DNA of 64,000 nt from contig PHAN01000003.1 in the NCBI GenBank assembly GCA_002841695.1, positions 164,849 through 228,848 of the forward strand, read 5' to 3'. The first letter of the stretch is position 1. Every line of letters begins with the position of its first letter. The DNA is from Elusimicrobia bacterium HGW-Elusimicrobia-1. Its GTDB lineage: Bacteria; Elusimicrobiota; Endomicrobiia; PHAN01. The notes beneath the pieces are model-generated. The model ran no database searches. It saw nothing but the letters and a program-made list of their open reading frames with translations, and had not been told where the DNA came from. Position numbers and translations under genes: made by a program. Positions 1 to 8,043 of the stretch are shown one piece after another.

Positions 1-558
1 AGCGGCACGACGCTGATAGAGTGCAAACTTTTGGGTCGCCGCGCAATCGGTATTGACATAAATCCCAAAATGGTGCGGCTTGCGAGGGAAAATCTTGACT
101 TCAAAAGCTCCGCTCGACAGGCGCCGGTATCGGTCAGATTAGGCGATGCGCGCCATTTGAGCGGAATCCCCGACGGTAGCATTGATTTTATAGCCACCCA
201 TCCGCCGTACGTAGACATTATCAAATATAGTGACGGGAAAATAAAATCCGACCTCTCTAATATTCACAAACTTAAAGATTTTTGTGACGAGATAAAGAAA
301 GTTGCCGACGAGTGCCGTCGCGTGCTCAAACCGGGCAAGCGTTGCGCCATTCTTGTAGGCGATACGAGAAGGCATGGCTATTATCAACCGCTCGCTTTCG
401 GCGTGATGAAAGCGTTTCTCGACTCAGGATTCAAACTCAAGGAAGACATAATCAAACGCCAATGGAACTGCAAGGCCACGCCTCTTTGGGCAACTTTGTC
501 GAAAAAATATAATTTCCATTTGATTATGCACGAGCATTTGTTTGTGTTTGATAAATAA
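1..558 (+). CDS. DNA methyltransferase (N6-adenine/N4-cytosine class), 5'-truncated at window edge
   Basis: Frame 1 is open from nt 1; the ORF track's M at nt 31 is an in-frame TTG codon (tt-ttg-ggt). It starts with 'SGTTLIECKLLGRRAIGIDINPKMVRLAREN', the SAM-binding motif I region of amino-MTases, and later has 'FIATHPPYVDII', a (D/N/S/H)PPY catalytic motif IV. GSGTT preceding HPPY is not the usual beta-class order. Confidence 0.7.
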   Translation, partial: SGTTLIECKLLGRRAIGIDINPKMVRLARENLDFKSSARQAPVSVRLGDARHLSGIPDGSIDFIATHPPYVDIIKYSDGKIKSDLSNIHKLKDFCDEIKKVADECRRVLKPGKRCAILVGDTRRHGYYQPLAFGVMKAFLDSGFKLKEDIIKRQWNCKATPLWATLSKKYNFHLIMHEHLFVFDK

Positions 559-582
559 TTCCTAAATTTTACGGGAGAACAT

Positions 583-1455
583 ATGGCCATAAAAAAACTG
601 GTTGCTGGTTTACCTACATTTGACGGATTAATGCGTCCGGTAGTTAAAGCTCTTATTTCTTTAGGTGGTTCAGGTACCATTGAGGAGATTGATGGAAAGG
701 TTGCCGAACTTGAAAAGATAGATGAAGAGATATTGAAGGTACCTCACACTAAAGATGGTGCGACGACTGAAGTTGAATATAGGTTAGCTTGGGCAAGAAC
801 ATATCTAAAAAAATGTGGCATACTTAATAATTCCGAACGTGGAGTGTGGGCGCTTGCGAGACCTGATATAGATCCGGAAAGTATTAAACCTAACGAAATA
901 GTTAGAATATGCAGAGAGAATTATTTAAAAAAGGTCAGTGAAATAAAGGGTAAAGAAAGTTCTGATGTGGATGTTGTCTCAGAAGATGAATCGCAAAAAT
1001 GGAAGCAAGAGCTCCTTGATGTTTTGTTGGCAATTTCACCTGCATCATTTGAAAGATTGGCGCAAAGAATGCTTAGGGAAAGCGGGTTCATTCAAGTGGA
1101 AGTTACAGGTCGTACCGGTGACGGTGGTATAGATGGCAAGGGAATAATTCGTATAAGCGGACTATTGAGTTTCCATGTTATATTTCAATGTAAGCGTTAC
1201 AAGGGGGTTGTCAGCCCGAGCCAAATAAGGGATTTCCGAGGGGCTATGACGGGGCGGGCGGATAAAGGGTTATTTATTACAACAGGTTCATTTACACGTG
1301 AAGCTATCAAAGAGGCGACCCGTGATGGCGCGCCGCCGATCGATTTGATTGATGGTGAAAAACTTTGCGACAAGCTGAGGGAACTAAAATTAGGCATTAA
1401 CACAAAACTTATGGAAGAGGTTATTATTAACGGGGAATGGTTTAAAAGTTTGTAG
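583..1455 (+). CDS. mrr: Mrr-like restriction endonuclease (Mrr_N winged helix + Mrr_cat PD-(D/E)xK)
   Basis: C-terminal 'TGDGGIDGKGIIRISGLLSFHVIFQCKRYKGVVSPSQIRDFRGAM...GLFITTGSFTREA' matches the Mrr catalytic domain pattern (GxDGGIDG ... QCKRY). It lies 25 nt downstream of the MTase. Confidence 0.7.
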   Translation: MAIKKLVAGLPTFDGLMRPVVKALISLGGSGTIEEIDGKVAELEKIDEEILKVPHTKDGATTEVEYRLAWARTYLKKCGILNNSERGVWALARPDIDPESIKPNEIVRICRENYLKKVSEIKGKESSDVDVVSEDESQKWKQELLDVLLAISPASFERLAQRMLRESGFIQVEVTGRTGDGGIDGKGIIRISGLLSFHVIFQCKRYKGVVSPSQIRDFRGAMTGRADKGLFITTGSFTREAIKEATRDGAPPIDLIDGEKLCDKLRELKLGINTKLMEEVIINGEWFKSL

Positions 1456-1528
1456 GTGATCTCACGCGGTTTGCCACACCCGAAATATTGCTACGTTTCA
1501 TAAGATGTTTATCAAAGGAGTCCCCCAA

Positions 1529-1846
1529 ATGACCACCCAACCCGTCGCGCCCCGTCTTGCCGACCTCGTAGAATATCAGTCAAACGCCGTCGTCAGTAAA
1601 ACGTTAATCGAAAAGAAAACCGGCACGGTAACGCTTTTCGCCTTCGACAAAGGTCAGGGCTTGAGCGAACACACAGCGCCCTTCGATGCAATGGTCTGCG
1701 TGCTCGACGGAGCCGTCGAAATAACCATCTCCGGCAAACCCATCACCGTCAAGCAGGGCGAAATGATAATCATGCCCGCCAACGAATCGCACGCGCTAAA
1801 AGGCGTCGAACGATTTAAGATGATGTTGACGATGATAAGGTCGTAA
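1529..1846 (+). CDS. cupin-domain protein
   Basis: Small beta-barrel cupin_2-like sequence (GxxxH ... 'GEMIIMPANESHAL'). RBS 'aaaggag' lies 8 nt before the ATG at 1529; the track's alternative start is 1505. Confidence 0.5.
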   Translation: MTTQPVAPRLADLVEYQSNAVVSKTLIEKKTGTVTLFAFDKGQGLSEHTAPFDAMVCVLDGAVEITISGKPITVKQGEMIIMPANESHALKGVERFKMMLTMIRS

Positions 1847-1851
1847 AAATG

Positions 1852-1857
1852 TATACT
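1852..1857 (+). promoter_or_regulatory. extended -10 promoter element TGTATACT (copy 1 of recurring 'AAAATGTATACT' motif)
   Basis: TGnTATACT lies 37 nt upstream of the ATG at 1894. The same motif recurs at 4651-4663, 7912-7924 and, as TGTATAAT, at 42010-42018. Confidence 0.45.
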
Positions 1858-1893
1858 GCTGGAGTATCGCTGATACCATAAAAGAGGGACAGC

Positions 1894-3435
1894 ATGAGAG
1901 CGTTAAAGCTTTCAACGATAAACAGCTGTAAGCCCGGGCAATTGCGTTGCCGCGGGCTTTTTTATTTTGCGTCCGCGGCGTTTTTATCATCGATAATGAT
2001 TTTGTTTTTCTCCGATATACTTCTTGCAAAAACCTTCATCAGGGAACACTATTACCGCGCCGGGAAAAACGACACCGAAATCACTTCCCGGGCGATAGCG
2101 CTGCATCAGGTAAAGGCGCGGCTGCTCGAAGAAATCGGGACTTACATGGAAAGCACGTTTGAGAGCACGGAGCAGGAGGGCGGCGGTCTCGGCGGACAAT
2201 TCACGAAATATCAGATAGTAAGCATCACAGCGGGAATCACGGAGACAAAGATACTGGAAGAGCGGTGGGACGGTAAAATATATTATATAAAGGCCGAGAT
2301 AGACGTGGATATTGATGATACACGCCGTAAAATTCGGGAGATATCGCAGGATAGGGAACGGATGCGGGAAATAGAGGCGATAAACAGAAAAGCCGATGAG
2401 GCGCTAAGGCAGATAGAGATGCTGACAAAGTCAAAAAAAAGCATTCCGATAGAATACACCGGCAGCCATATTATGAAAGTGGATGGCCGCAAAGTAGTTA
2501 TCGGACTGGGCTTGCTCAACGGTGTCAGAAAAAGCCAACAATTCAAAATTATAAAATCCGACAGCAAGGTTAATCCGCGCACAGGTGTAATAGTACACAA
2601 AGAAACAGCCGTTATCGGGGCGCTTAAAGTTATAAATACCGACGAGTGGACTTCTGATTGCGTGGTGATTTCCGGCGCCGGACGTATAAAACCGGGTGAT
2701 TTGATCAGTCCTCGCGCAGAAAAGGGTATTATGGAAATTGAGGGCGCGCTGTCCAGAGCCGAACCGCTGGACGAATTTAAATTCCGCTTCAACTGGAAGT
2801 TTCCGTATTTATTCAGGATGGATTTGGGTTATCTCAGGCCGTATTTTATGGAAAGTTTCGGCGAGGCAGCATATTTGAATTTTTCTTTTGACTGGCCATG
2901 GTTTGAAATCGGCCCCGGTTTTGCGGGATTCTTTCGGTACGGTGTTCCGCTTTTCGGCGGAGCGTCGATTGTTATGAGGGTGGGCCCGTATGAAGGCCCG
3001 ATAAATATTATTTTGCGGCATAACGGTGGAAAATTTATAGGCGCCGATCCAAATCAAAGGATAAACGGATTGATAGAGACAAATTGGCGGATTTCCGGCC
3101 GTGTTTTGCTTTATGGCAGAATGCATCAATATAAAGGGTCGTGGCAGGCCGGTGAATTTTATCACGATGACAAAGGTTATCAATATAATACAAGAACTTA
3201 CGGTGGGGCGGAAATAGGTTCGGGGGATTTAAGCTTTTTTGTCCAATATGGAGATGTTTTTGAGTATTGCGCGCTCGGAAAAGACCCCCGAGTTGAGCGG
3301 AGAGGAGAATACGGTGGCGCCGGAATCAAGTTGAATATGACTCCGTTGAGATACACTTTTTCCGCCGAGGGGATAAGGGCGCTGGGCGACGACAGAAGTT
3401 TGATTTTGCGTCTGGGCATAGGTTATGAGTTTTAG
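1894..3435 (+). CDS. secreted coiled-coil / outer-membrane beta-barrel protein, paralog 1
   Basis: N-terminal signal peptide (RCRGLFYFASAAFLSSIMILFFSDILLA), a charged coiled-coil segment, then a Gly/Tyr-rich alternating-hydrophobic C-terminus ending '...LRLGIGYEF', an OMP C-terminal strand signature. The first ~170 aa are near-identical to ORF 4704..5777. Confidence 0.6.
   Translation: MRALKLSTINSCKPGQLRCRGLFYFASAAFLSSIMILFFSDILLAKTFIREHYYRAGKNDTEITSRAIALHQVKARLLEEIGTYMESTFESTEQEGGGLGGQFTKYQIVSITAGITETKILEERWDGKIYYIKAEIDVDIDDTRRKIREISQDRERMREIEAINRKADEALRQIEMLTKSKKSIPIEYTGSHIMKVDGRKVVIGLGLLNGVRKSQQFKIIKSDSKVNPRTGVIVHKETAVIGALKVINTDEWTSDCVVISGAGRIKPGDLISPRAEKGIMEIEGALSRAEPLDEFKFRFNWKFPYLFRMDLGYLRPYFMESFGEAAYLNFSFDWPWFEIGPGFAGFFRYGVPLFGGASIVMRVGPYEGPINIILRHNGGKFIGADPNQRINGLIETNWRISGRVLLYGRMHQYKGSWQAGEFYHDDKGYQYNTRTYGGAEIGSGDLSFFVQYGDVFEYCALGKDPRVERRGEYGGAGIKLNMTPLRYTFSAEGIRALGDDRSLILRLGIGYEF
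1930..1968 (+). terminator. intrinsic-terminator-like hairpin + T-tract embedded in codons 13-25 of paralog 1
   Basis: AAGCCCGGGCAA-TTGCG-TTGCCGCGGGCTT followed by TTTTTTATTTT. The stem is conserved, with compensatory changes, in copies at 4740-4778, 8002-8040 and 14690-14727. Confidence 0.4.
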
Positions 3436-3588
3436 GCGCCGCCGGTCCGACGCTCATTCGGGTCATTGATATTGCGTCGGGCGATAGACTCGCCGGCGCT
3501 TAAGCGGGGATAATATTTCCCCCTTGACATTCACCATAAAATATGGTATATGTAACATAAATTATGGTGAATCGTCCGGAGGCGAAAT

Positions 3589-3918
3589 ATGCTTGAATCC
3601 ATCCTCGGCAACAAGACGGTCGAAAAAATACTCCTTTATCTTGAGCGCTATGGGCAGGGTTATCCGCAAAGCATCGCGCAACTGTTCGGCGTCAGCTTAA
3701 ACGGCATTCAACAGCAGTTAAAACGCCTGGAAAACGGCGGCGTCATTTCGAGTAATCGTTACGGGAAACTGCGTCTGTACACATTTAATCCACGGTACTA
3801 CTTTTTGCCGGAGTTGCGCGCTATACTCAAAAAAGCCCTCGATGCTTTGCCCGAAGCGGAGATAAAAAAATACTACATGCTTCGCACCCGCCCGCGCAGG
3901 AGCGGTAAACCTTTGTGA
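3589..3918 (+). CDS. winged-helix DNA-binding protein (putative regulator/antitoxin)
   Basis: 'KTVEKILLYLERYGQGYPQSIAQLFGVSLNGIQQQLKRLENGGVI' is a wHTH (ArsR/MarR-like) pattern. Its stop overlaps the start of the next gene (GTGA). Confidence 0.5.
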   Translation: MLESILGNKTVEKILLYLERYGQGYPQSIAQLFGVSLNGIQQQLKRLENGGVISSNRYGKLRLYTFNPRYYFLPELRAILKKALDALPEAEIKKYYMLRTRPRRSGKPL

Positions 3919-4466
3919 AAAAATCCATCGGGAAAGAAAACATCAAAGAACTCGCCGCACATGTATGCGGGGGGTTGAATAAAGAAGGAATCGACGCCGT
4001 TCTCGTCGGCGGCGCGTGTGTGTCGATTTATACGCAAAACGAGTATGAATCGTCCGATCTGGATTTTGTCGCCGAAGCCGAGTTGAAGAAAATGGACGCG
4101 GCCCTTGCCGGCATGGGATTTTCAAGGCCAAAGGGGGAGAGGCATTACAAGCGTCCCGGCGGATATTACTTTATCGAGTTTGTCGCTGCGCCGGTGGCCG
4201 TTGGCCGTGAAATAGTCAAAAGTTTAAAAAAACTCAAGACGAGATTCGGCGTCATAAAAATGTTGTCTCCGACGGACAGCGTGAAAGACCGCCTCGCCGC
4301 GTTTTTTCATTGGAATGATCATCAATCACTCGAACAGGCGATTATGATAACCAAAAAGAACCGAGTCGACCTTAAAGAAATCGGCGCGTGGGCGAAAAGA
4401 GAAGGCAAAAGCGGCGAGCTTAAAATCTTTTTTGATAAGTCGAAACGAGCCAAGGCAAGGGCTTGA
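3915..4466 (+). CDS. nucleotidyltransferase-fold protein
   Basis: 'LVGGACVSIYTQNEYESSDLDFV' fits the minimal NTase signature hG[GS]x9-13Dh[DE]h. GTG start is translationally coupled to the upstream wHTH gene. Confidence 0.45.
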   Translation: MKKSIGKENIKELAAHVCGGLNKEGIDAVLVGGACVSIYTQNEYESSDLDFVAEAELKKMDAALAGMGFSRPKGERHYKRPGGYYFIEFVAAPVAVGREIVKSLKKLKTRFGVIKMLSPTDSVKDRLAAFFHWNDHQSLEQAIMITKKNRVDLKEIGAWAKREGKSGELKIFFDKSKRAKARA

Positions 4467-4528
4467 CCGGACGACATATTAGAATCGGTGGATTTTTCGA
4501 TAAACCGCAATCATTTCCCGGGTTTCAA

Positions 4529-4597
4529 GTGGTTTTCGTATGAATTTTGTATGGATTACTCGTGGTTTTCGTGTGGTCTTCGTGTGGTATTTTATAG
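4529..4597. repeat. phased 11-bp repeats (GTGGTTTTCGT-like) upstream of paralog-2 promoter
   Basis: gtggttttcgt at 4529, then gtggttttcgt, gtggtcttcgt and gtggtatttta in perfect 11-bp register at 4562-4594. Confidence 0.6.
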
Positions 4598-4634
4598 TTG
4601 ATTCCGGGCGGATTAAGCCGTGTTTAGCATTGAT

Positions 4635-4663
4635 TTGAATCCACCCGTCCGAAAATGTATACT
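4635..4663 (+). promoter_or_regulatory. sigma70-type promoter TTGAAT-17-TGn-TATACT for paralog 2
   Basis: -35 ttgaat at 4635-4640, a 17-nt spacer ending in TG, and -10 tatact at 4658-4663. The ATG at 4704 follows an RBS-like 'agaggggt'. Confidence 0.55.
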
Positions 4664-4703
4664 CTGAAAAGATGAAACAGAAACAGTAACACAGAGGGGT
4701 AAA

Positions 4704-5777
4704 ATGAGAGCATCAAAGCTTTCAACGGCAAATAATCGGCAGCCCGGGCGTTTACTGCGCCGCGGGCTTTTTTATTTTGCGCCCGCGGCGTTTTTATCGT
4801 CGATGATGATTCTGTTTTTCTCCCAAGCGCTTCTTGCAAAAACATTTATAAGGGAACACTATTATCGCGCCGGCAAGCAGGATACCCAATTGACCGCCCG
4901 GGCAATTGCATTGCATCAGGTTAAGTCGCGTCTGATCGAGGAGGTCGGCACTTATATAGAAAGCGCATTTGAAAGCACGGAACGAGAAAGCAAAGCCGGG
5001 AGCGAACAATTCACGAAGCATCAGATAGTAAGCATAACCGCGGGAATCACGGAAACAAAGATACTGGAAGAGAAATGGGACGGTAAGACCTATTACATAA
5101 AAGCAGAAATTGAAGTCGACGTCGACGACACGAAGCGGCGGATAACGGAGATATCCGGCGACAGAAGCAAGATGAGAGAGATAGAAGAGATAAACCGAAA
5201 GGCCGACGATGCTTTGCGGGAAATAGAAGCGCTCAAAAAATCAAGCGGCTTACCGAAACGCGGCGGCGGTGCGTTTTATGTCGGATTGGATCTGCCCGGT
5301 ACATTCAAGGAAAACTACAGTATCGGCACATACAGCGGTGAACGACCCGTCGATTCCGGAGCCGGGGTTGCAATCGGATGGGAATACGAGGGACGCGGCG
5401 TTCCCTTGGGACTTGGTTTCGGAGCTTTTTACCAGTTGCCGAGGACGCTGACTTTTAGCGGCTCGGCTACTATCGGTTTTTCGCCGCTATATCTCCTGGG
5501 GCATTATTATGTAAACGACTTCACTTATATCATAGGTCGATTGGGATACAGTATGTATTACAGTAAAAATTTCACCACATACGCGAGCTACGCGGGCGGG
5601 TTGTATTATGCCTTCGGGCTGGGAATAAAAACGCAGGGATTCACTCTTTCCGGGGTTTACAGCGTCAATAAAAGCGAGGGCTCGGGGTTTAGCGATGTGT
5701 GGCTTTTGCCCCGCGGACCCATTTCAGGGACATTAACATACTCTCAGATTTCCATTCTCTTTAAATTATATATCTGA
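4704..5777 (+). CDS. secreted coiled-coil / outer-membrane beta-barrel protein, paralog 2
   Basis: The N-terminal ~170 aa are highly similar to paralog 1 ('MRASKLST...RRGLFYFAPAAFLSSMMILFF...KTFIREHYYRAGK...'). The C-terminus is a different Gly/Tyr-rich beta-strand region. Confidence 0.6.
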   Translation: MRASKLSTANNRQPGRLLRRGLFYFAPAAFLSSMMILFFSQALLAKTFIREHYYRAGKQDTQLTARAIALHQVKSRLIEEVGTYIESAFESTERESKAGSEQFTKHQIVSITAGITETKILEEKWDGKTYYIKAEIEVDVDDTKRRITEISGDRSKMREIEEINRKADDALREIEALKKSSGLPKRGGGAFYVGLDLPGTFKENYSIGTYSGERPVDSGAGVAIGWEYEGRGVPLGLGFGAFYQLPRTLTFSGSATIGFSPLYLLGHYYVNDFTYIIGRLGYSMYYSKNFTTYASYAGGLYYAFGLGIKTQGFTLSGVYSVNKSEGSGFSDVWLLPRGPISGTLTYSQISILFKLYI

Positions 5778-5877
5778 AATCAACACACCCCGACGGAAAC
5801 GACCCGCGTTATTGCCGCACGACACTTGTTGACGATATAAAACACTCGCCGTCCTTGAGTAGGCACAAAGAACAAAG

Positions 5878-6585
5878 ATGATATCATTCATCGTCCCCGC
5901 CCACAATGAAGAGCGATTGCTTCCCGCCACGCTTCAAGCGATTGGCGAAGCGGCCAAGTCCGTTGGCGAACCGTACGAAGTCATCGTAGTTGACGACGCT
6001 TCGACGGACGCCACGTCCGATGTCGCCCGCAAGTGCGGCGCGAAGGTCGTCCGCATAGAGCGACGTCAAATCGCCTCGGCCCGCAACGCGGGAGCGCGCG
6101 AATCATCGGGCGAACGGCTCTTTTTCGTCGACGCCGACACCCTCATAACCTCCGATGTCCTTGGCGCCGCCATGCGCGCGATGGATTCCGGCGCCGTCGG
6201 CGGCGGCGCGACGGCCCGAATGGACGGCCGCCTGCCTCTTTACGCCCGCGCGATGCTTTCCGCGAGCATGCCGCTTTTCAGGATGCTGCGACTTGCTCCG
6301 GGATGTTTCGTGTTTTGCACCCGCAGGGCCTTCGAGGCGTCCGGCGGCTTCGACGAGCGCTACTACGCCGCCGAAGACATCGTCGTCAGTAACGCCCTCA
6401 AGCGCCAAGGCCGTTTCGTGATTTTGCGCGAGCATGTCGTCACGTCCGGAAGAAAAGCCCGCGCCAACAACTTATTCGACCTGTCGCGCCTGCTCGTCCG
6501 TCTGCTTCGTTATGGTCTCAAGTCCCGCAAGGCGCTCGGCTTCTGGTACGAAAAAAGGACGGATGATACGGAATTGCGCGGGTGA
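5878..6585 (+). CDS. family 2 glycosyltransferase
   Basis: 'ISFIVPAHNEERLL...VIVVDDASTDAT' is the GT2 N-terminal signature, with a DxD-like 'FVDADT'. Confidence 0.7.
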   Translation: MISFIVPAHNEERLLPATLQAIGEAAKSVGEPYEVIVVDDASTDATSDVARKCGAKVVRIERRQIASARNAGARESSGERLFFVDADTLITSDVLGAAMRAMDSGAVGGGATARMDGRLPLYARAMLSASMPLFRMLRLAPGCFVFCTRRAFEASGGFDERYYAAEDIVVSNALKRQGRFVILREHVVTSGRKARANNLFDLSRLLVRLLRYGLKSRKALGFWYEKRTDDTELRG

Positions 6586-6786
6586 ATCTTGGATGCCGCC
6601 TGCGCCGAAAGATGCCGTGCTCTGAATCAGTGTGATGGTTGAGCCCCGCGCCGACGATATGCTATACTGGCCGCAAAGCGTTACTAAGGAAAAATCGCTC
6701 CGAGCCCCGAATCGTTTGGCGATGTACAAATCTAATAGAACCGCGCGGCAGAGCGTGACGTCCGTTGCGGCAAGGAGGATACGCAA

Positions 6787-7245
6787 ATGAAAGTTCCGGA
6801 ATACATCACAAAGGAAGAAGTCCGTCGCGTCTGTCGGGAACTGGGCATCCGGGACTGGTCTATTCTGAAGGAACCCGTCATTCCTGCGAAGGAAGCGGAA
6901 GCGGTTCTTCGCGCACTCGATGTTCCTTCGATGAATGTCGATCTTTCCGTCTTCAAATCGGGTCTTGAAGTCGAGTTGGAGCATGGCACTCGCTATCCCG
7001 AGGCCAATGTCACGAACAACCACCCCATCATCACGGGCCGAATCGTCGTTGCTCATCTGAAAGAGTCGATGGACTACTACCTCAGACTTGCCGTTGCGGA
7101 GGCGGAGGGCGATTTGCTTTCCGCGATTCTTTCCGGAGACGGCAAACGCGCGGCACGAAAGCTCCGTGCCCTCGCCGAAGCTCGCGCCGAAGTAGCCCGC
7201 GCTGAGCAAACGCAGTTGGAAAATATAACCAAACCGGAGAATTAA
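6787..7245 (+). CDS. hypothetical protein
   Basis: Strong RBS 'aaggagg' 6 nt upstream. Preferred over the 306-aa antisense ORF 6472..7392. Confidence 0.45.
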   Translation: MKVPEYITKEEVRRVCRELGIRDWSILKEPVIPAKEAEAVLRALDVPSMNVDLSVFKSGLEVELEHGTRYPEANVTNNHPIITGRIVVAHLKESMDYYLRLAVAEAEGDLLSAILSGDGKRAARKLRALAEARAEVARAEQTQLENITKPEN

Positions 7246-7255
7246 GGAGAGACCG

Positions 7256-7657
7256 ATGAAAACAAGAATGGGTTTGTGGATTGACCACAGAAAAGCCGTC
7301 ATCGTGGCCGTTACGGACAAAGGGGAAGACACAATACTGATATTGTCGAAAGTGGAAAAGCATCTCCAGCGTTCCGGCGATTCGTCCCGCAAAGGTTATG
7401 CATCGCGGCAGGCGCCCGCGTCCGATAGTCGCCAGAGAATGTTTACAGGGCATATCAACGTTTACTACGATGCTATAATTGCGTGTCTTCGCGCCGCGGA
7501 ATCCATTCTGATATTTGGTCCCGGCGAGGCAAAAGGCGAACTGAAAAAACGTCTTATAAAAAGTAAACTGGGCGGACGCATCGCAGGGGTTGAAGCAGTC
7601 GGCAATATGACGGATAACCAGATTGTGGCTAAGGTTCGCCGGCGCTTCGCTAAGTAG
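7256..7657 (+). CDS. hypothetical protein
   Basis: RBS 'aaggagag' 7 nt upstream; sits 11 nt after the previous gene. Confidence 0.45.
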   Translation: MKTRMGLWIDHRKAVIVAVTDKGEDTILILSKVEKHLQRSGDSSRKGYASRQAPASDSRQRMFTGHINVYYDAIIACLRAAESILIFGPGEAKGELKKRLIKSKLGGRIAGVEAVGNMTDNQIVAKVRRRFAK

Positions 7658-7770
7658 CGTTTGGCAATGTGGGTCGAGGCGGAATCATCCCGGGAAGTCG
7701 GATTGGTGAGAAGATAGGCCGCTAAAAATCGCGAAGTTTTTATGTAAACGATAAATACCCCGAATTTCGC

Positions 7771-7870
7771 GTGGTTTTTTAGTGGTTTTCGAGTGGTTGC
7801 CCCAGTGGTTTTCGTGTGGTTTTTGTGTGGCGTTCGGGTGGTGATTTATAGTGGATTTGGGGTGGTTTTG
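7771..7870. repeat. array of ~9 phased GTGG(T)TTT-N repeats (period 11-13 bp) upstream of the copy-3 promoter
   Basis: gtggtttttta / gtggttttcga / gtggttgcccca / gtggttttcgt / gtggtttttgt / gtggcgttcgg / gtggtgatttata / gtggatttgggg / tggttttg. Confidence 0.6.
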
Positions 7871-7895
7871 AAGCTAAAAAATAGCTAAGAATGGC

Positions 7896-7924
7896 TTGAA
7901 TTACGGTCACTGAAAATGTATACT
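7896..7924 (+). promoter_or_regulatory. sigma70-type promoter TTGAAT-17-TGn-TATACT (copy 3)
   Basis: ttgaat at 7896-7901, 17-nt spacer, tatact at 7919-7924. Same architecture as 4635-4663. Confidence 0.55.
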
Positions 7925-7965
7925 CTGAAAAGATAAAGCAATAAAATATCACAGCGGGGTCCGAT

Positions 7966-8043
7966 GAGAGCATCAAAGCTTTCAACGGGGGGAATTGTAA
8001 TCGCCCGGGCGTCTATTGGCGCCTCGGGCTTTTTTATTTTATG
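7966..8043 (+). pseudogene. truncated third copy of the paralog leader (26 codons), ends ATGA-overlapping the HNH gene
   Basis: 'MRASKLSTGGIVIARASIGASGFFIL*' aligns to paralogs 1 and 2 through the hairpin/T-tract (8002-8040). Similarity stops exactly after 'ttttttatttt' at 8040, where 'atgattaaaccc' begins. Confidence 0.55.

Noticed and set aside
4529-4597. Possible CRISPR array suggested by short direct repeats (also 7771-7870)
   Set aside because: The repeats are 11 bp and contiguous, with no ~30-bp unique spacers and no cas genes. This is a phased tandem repeat, not a CRISPR.
6472-7392. 306-aa minus-strand ORF
   Set aside because: It is antisense to two plus-strand ORFs that have strong AAGGAGG-type RBSs and tight spacing. 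The region is very GC-rich, where long spurious ORFs are expected, and the product has low-complexity Arg/Ser-rich composition.
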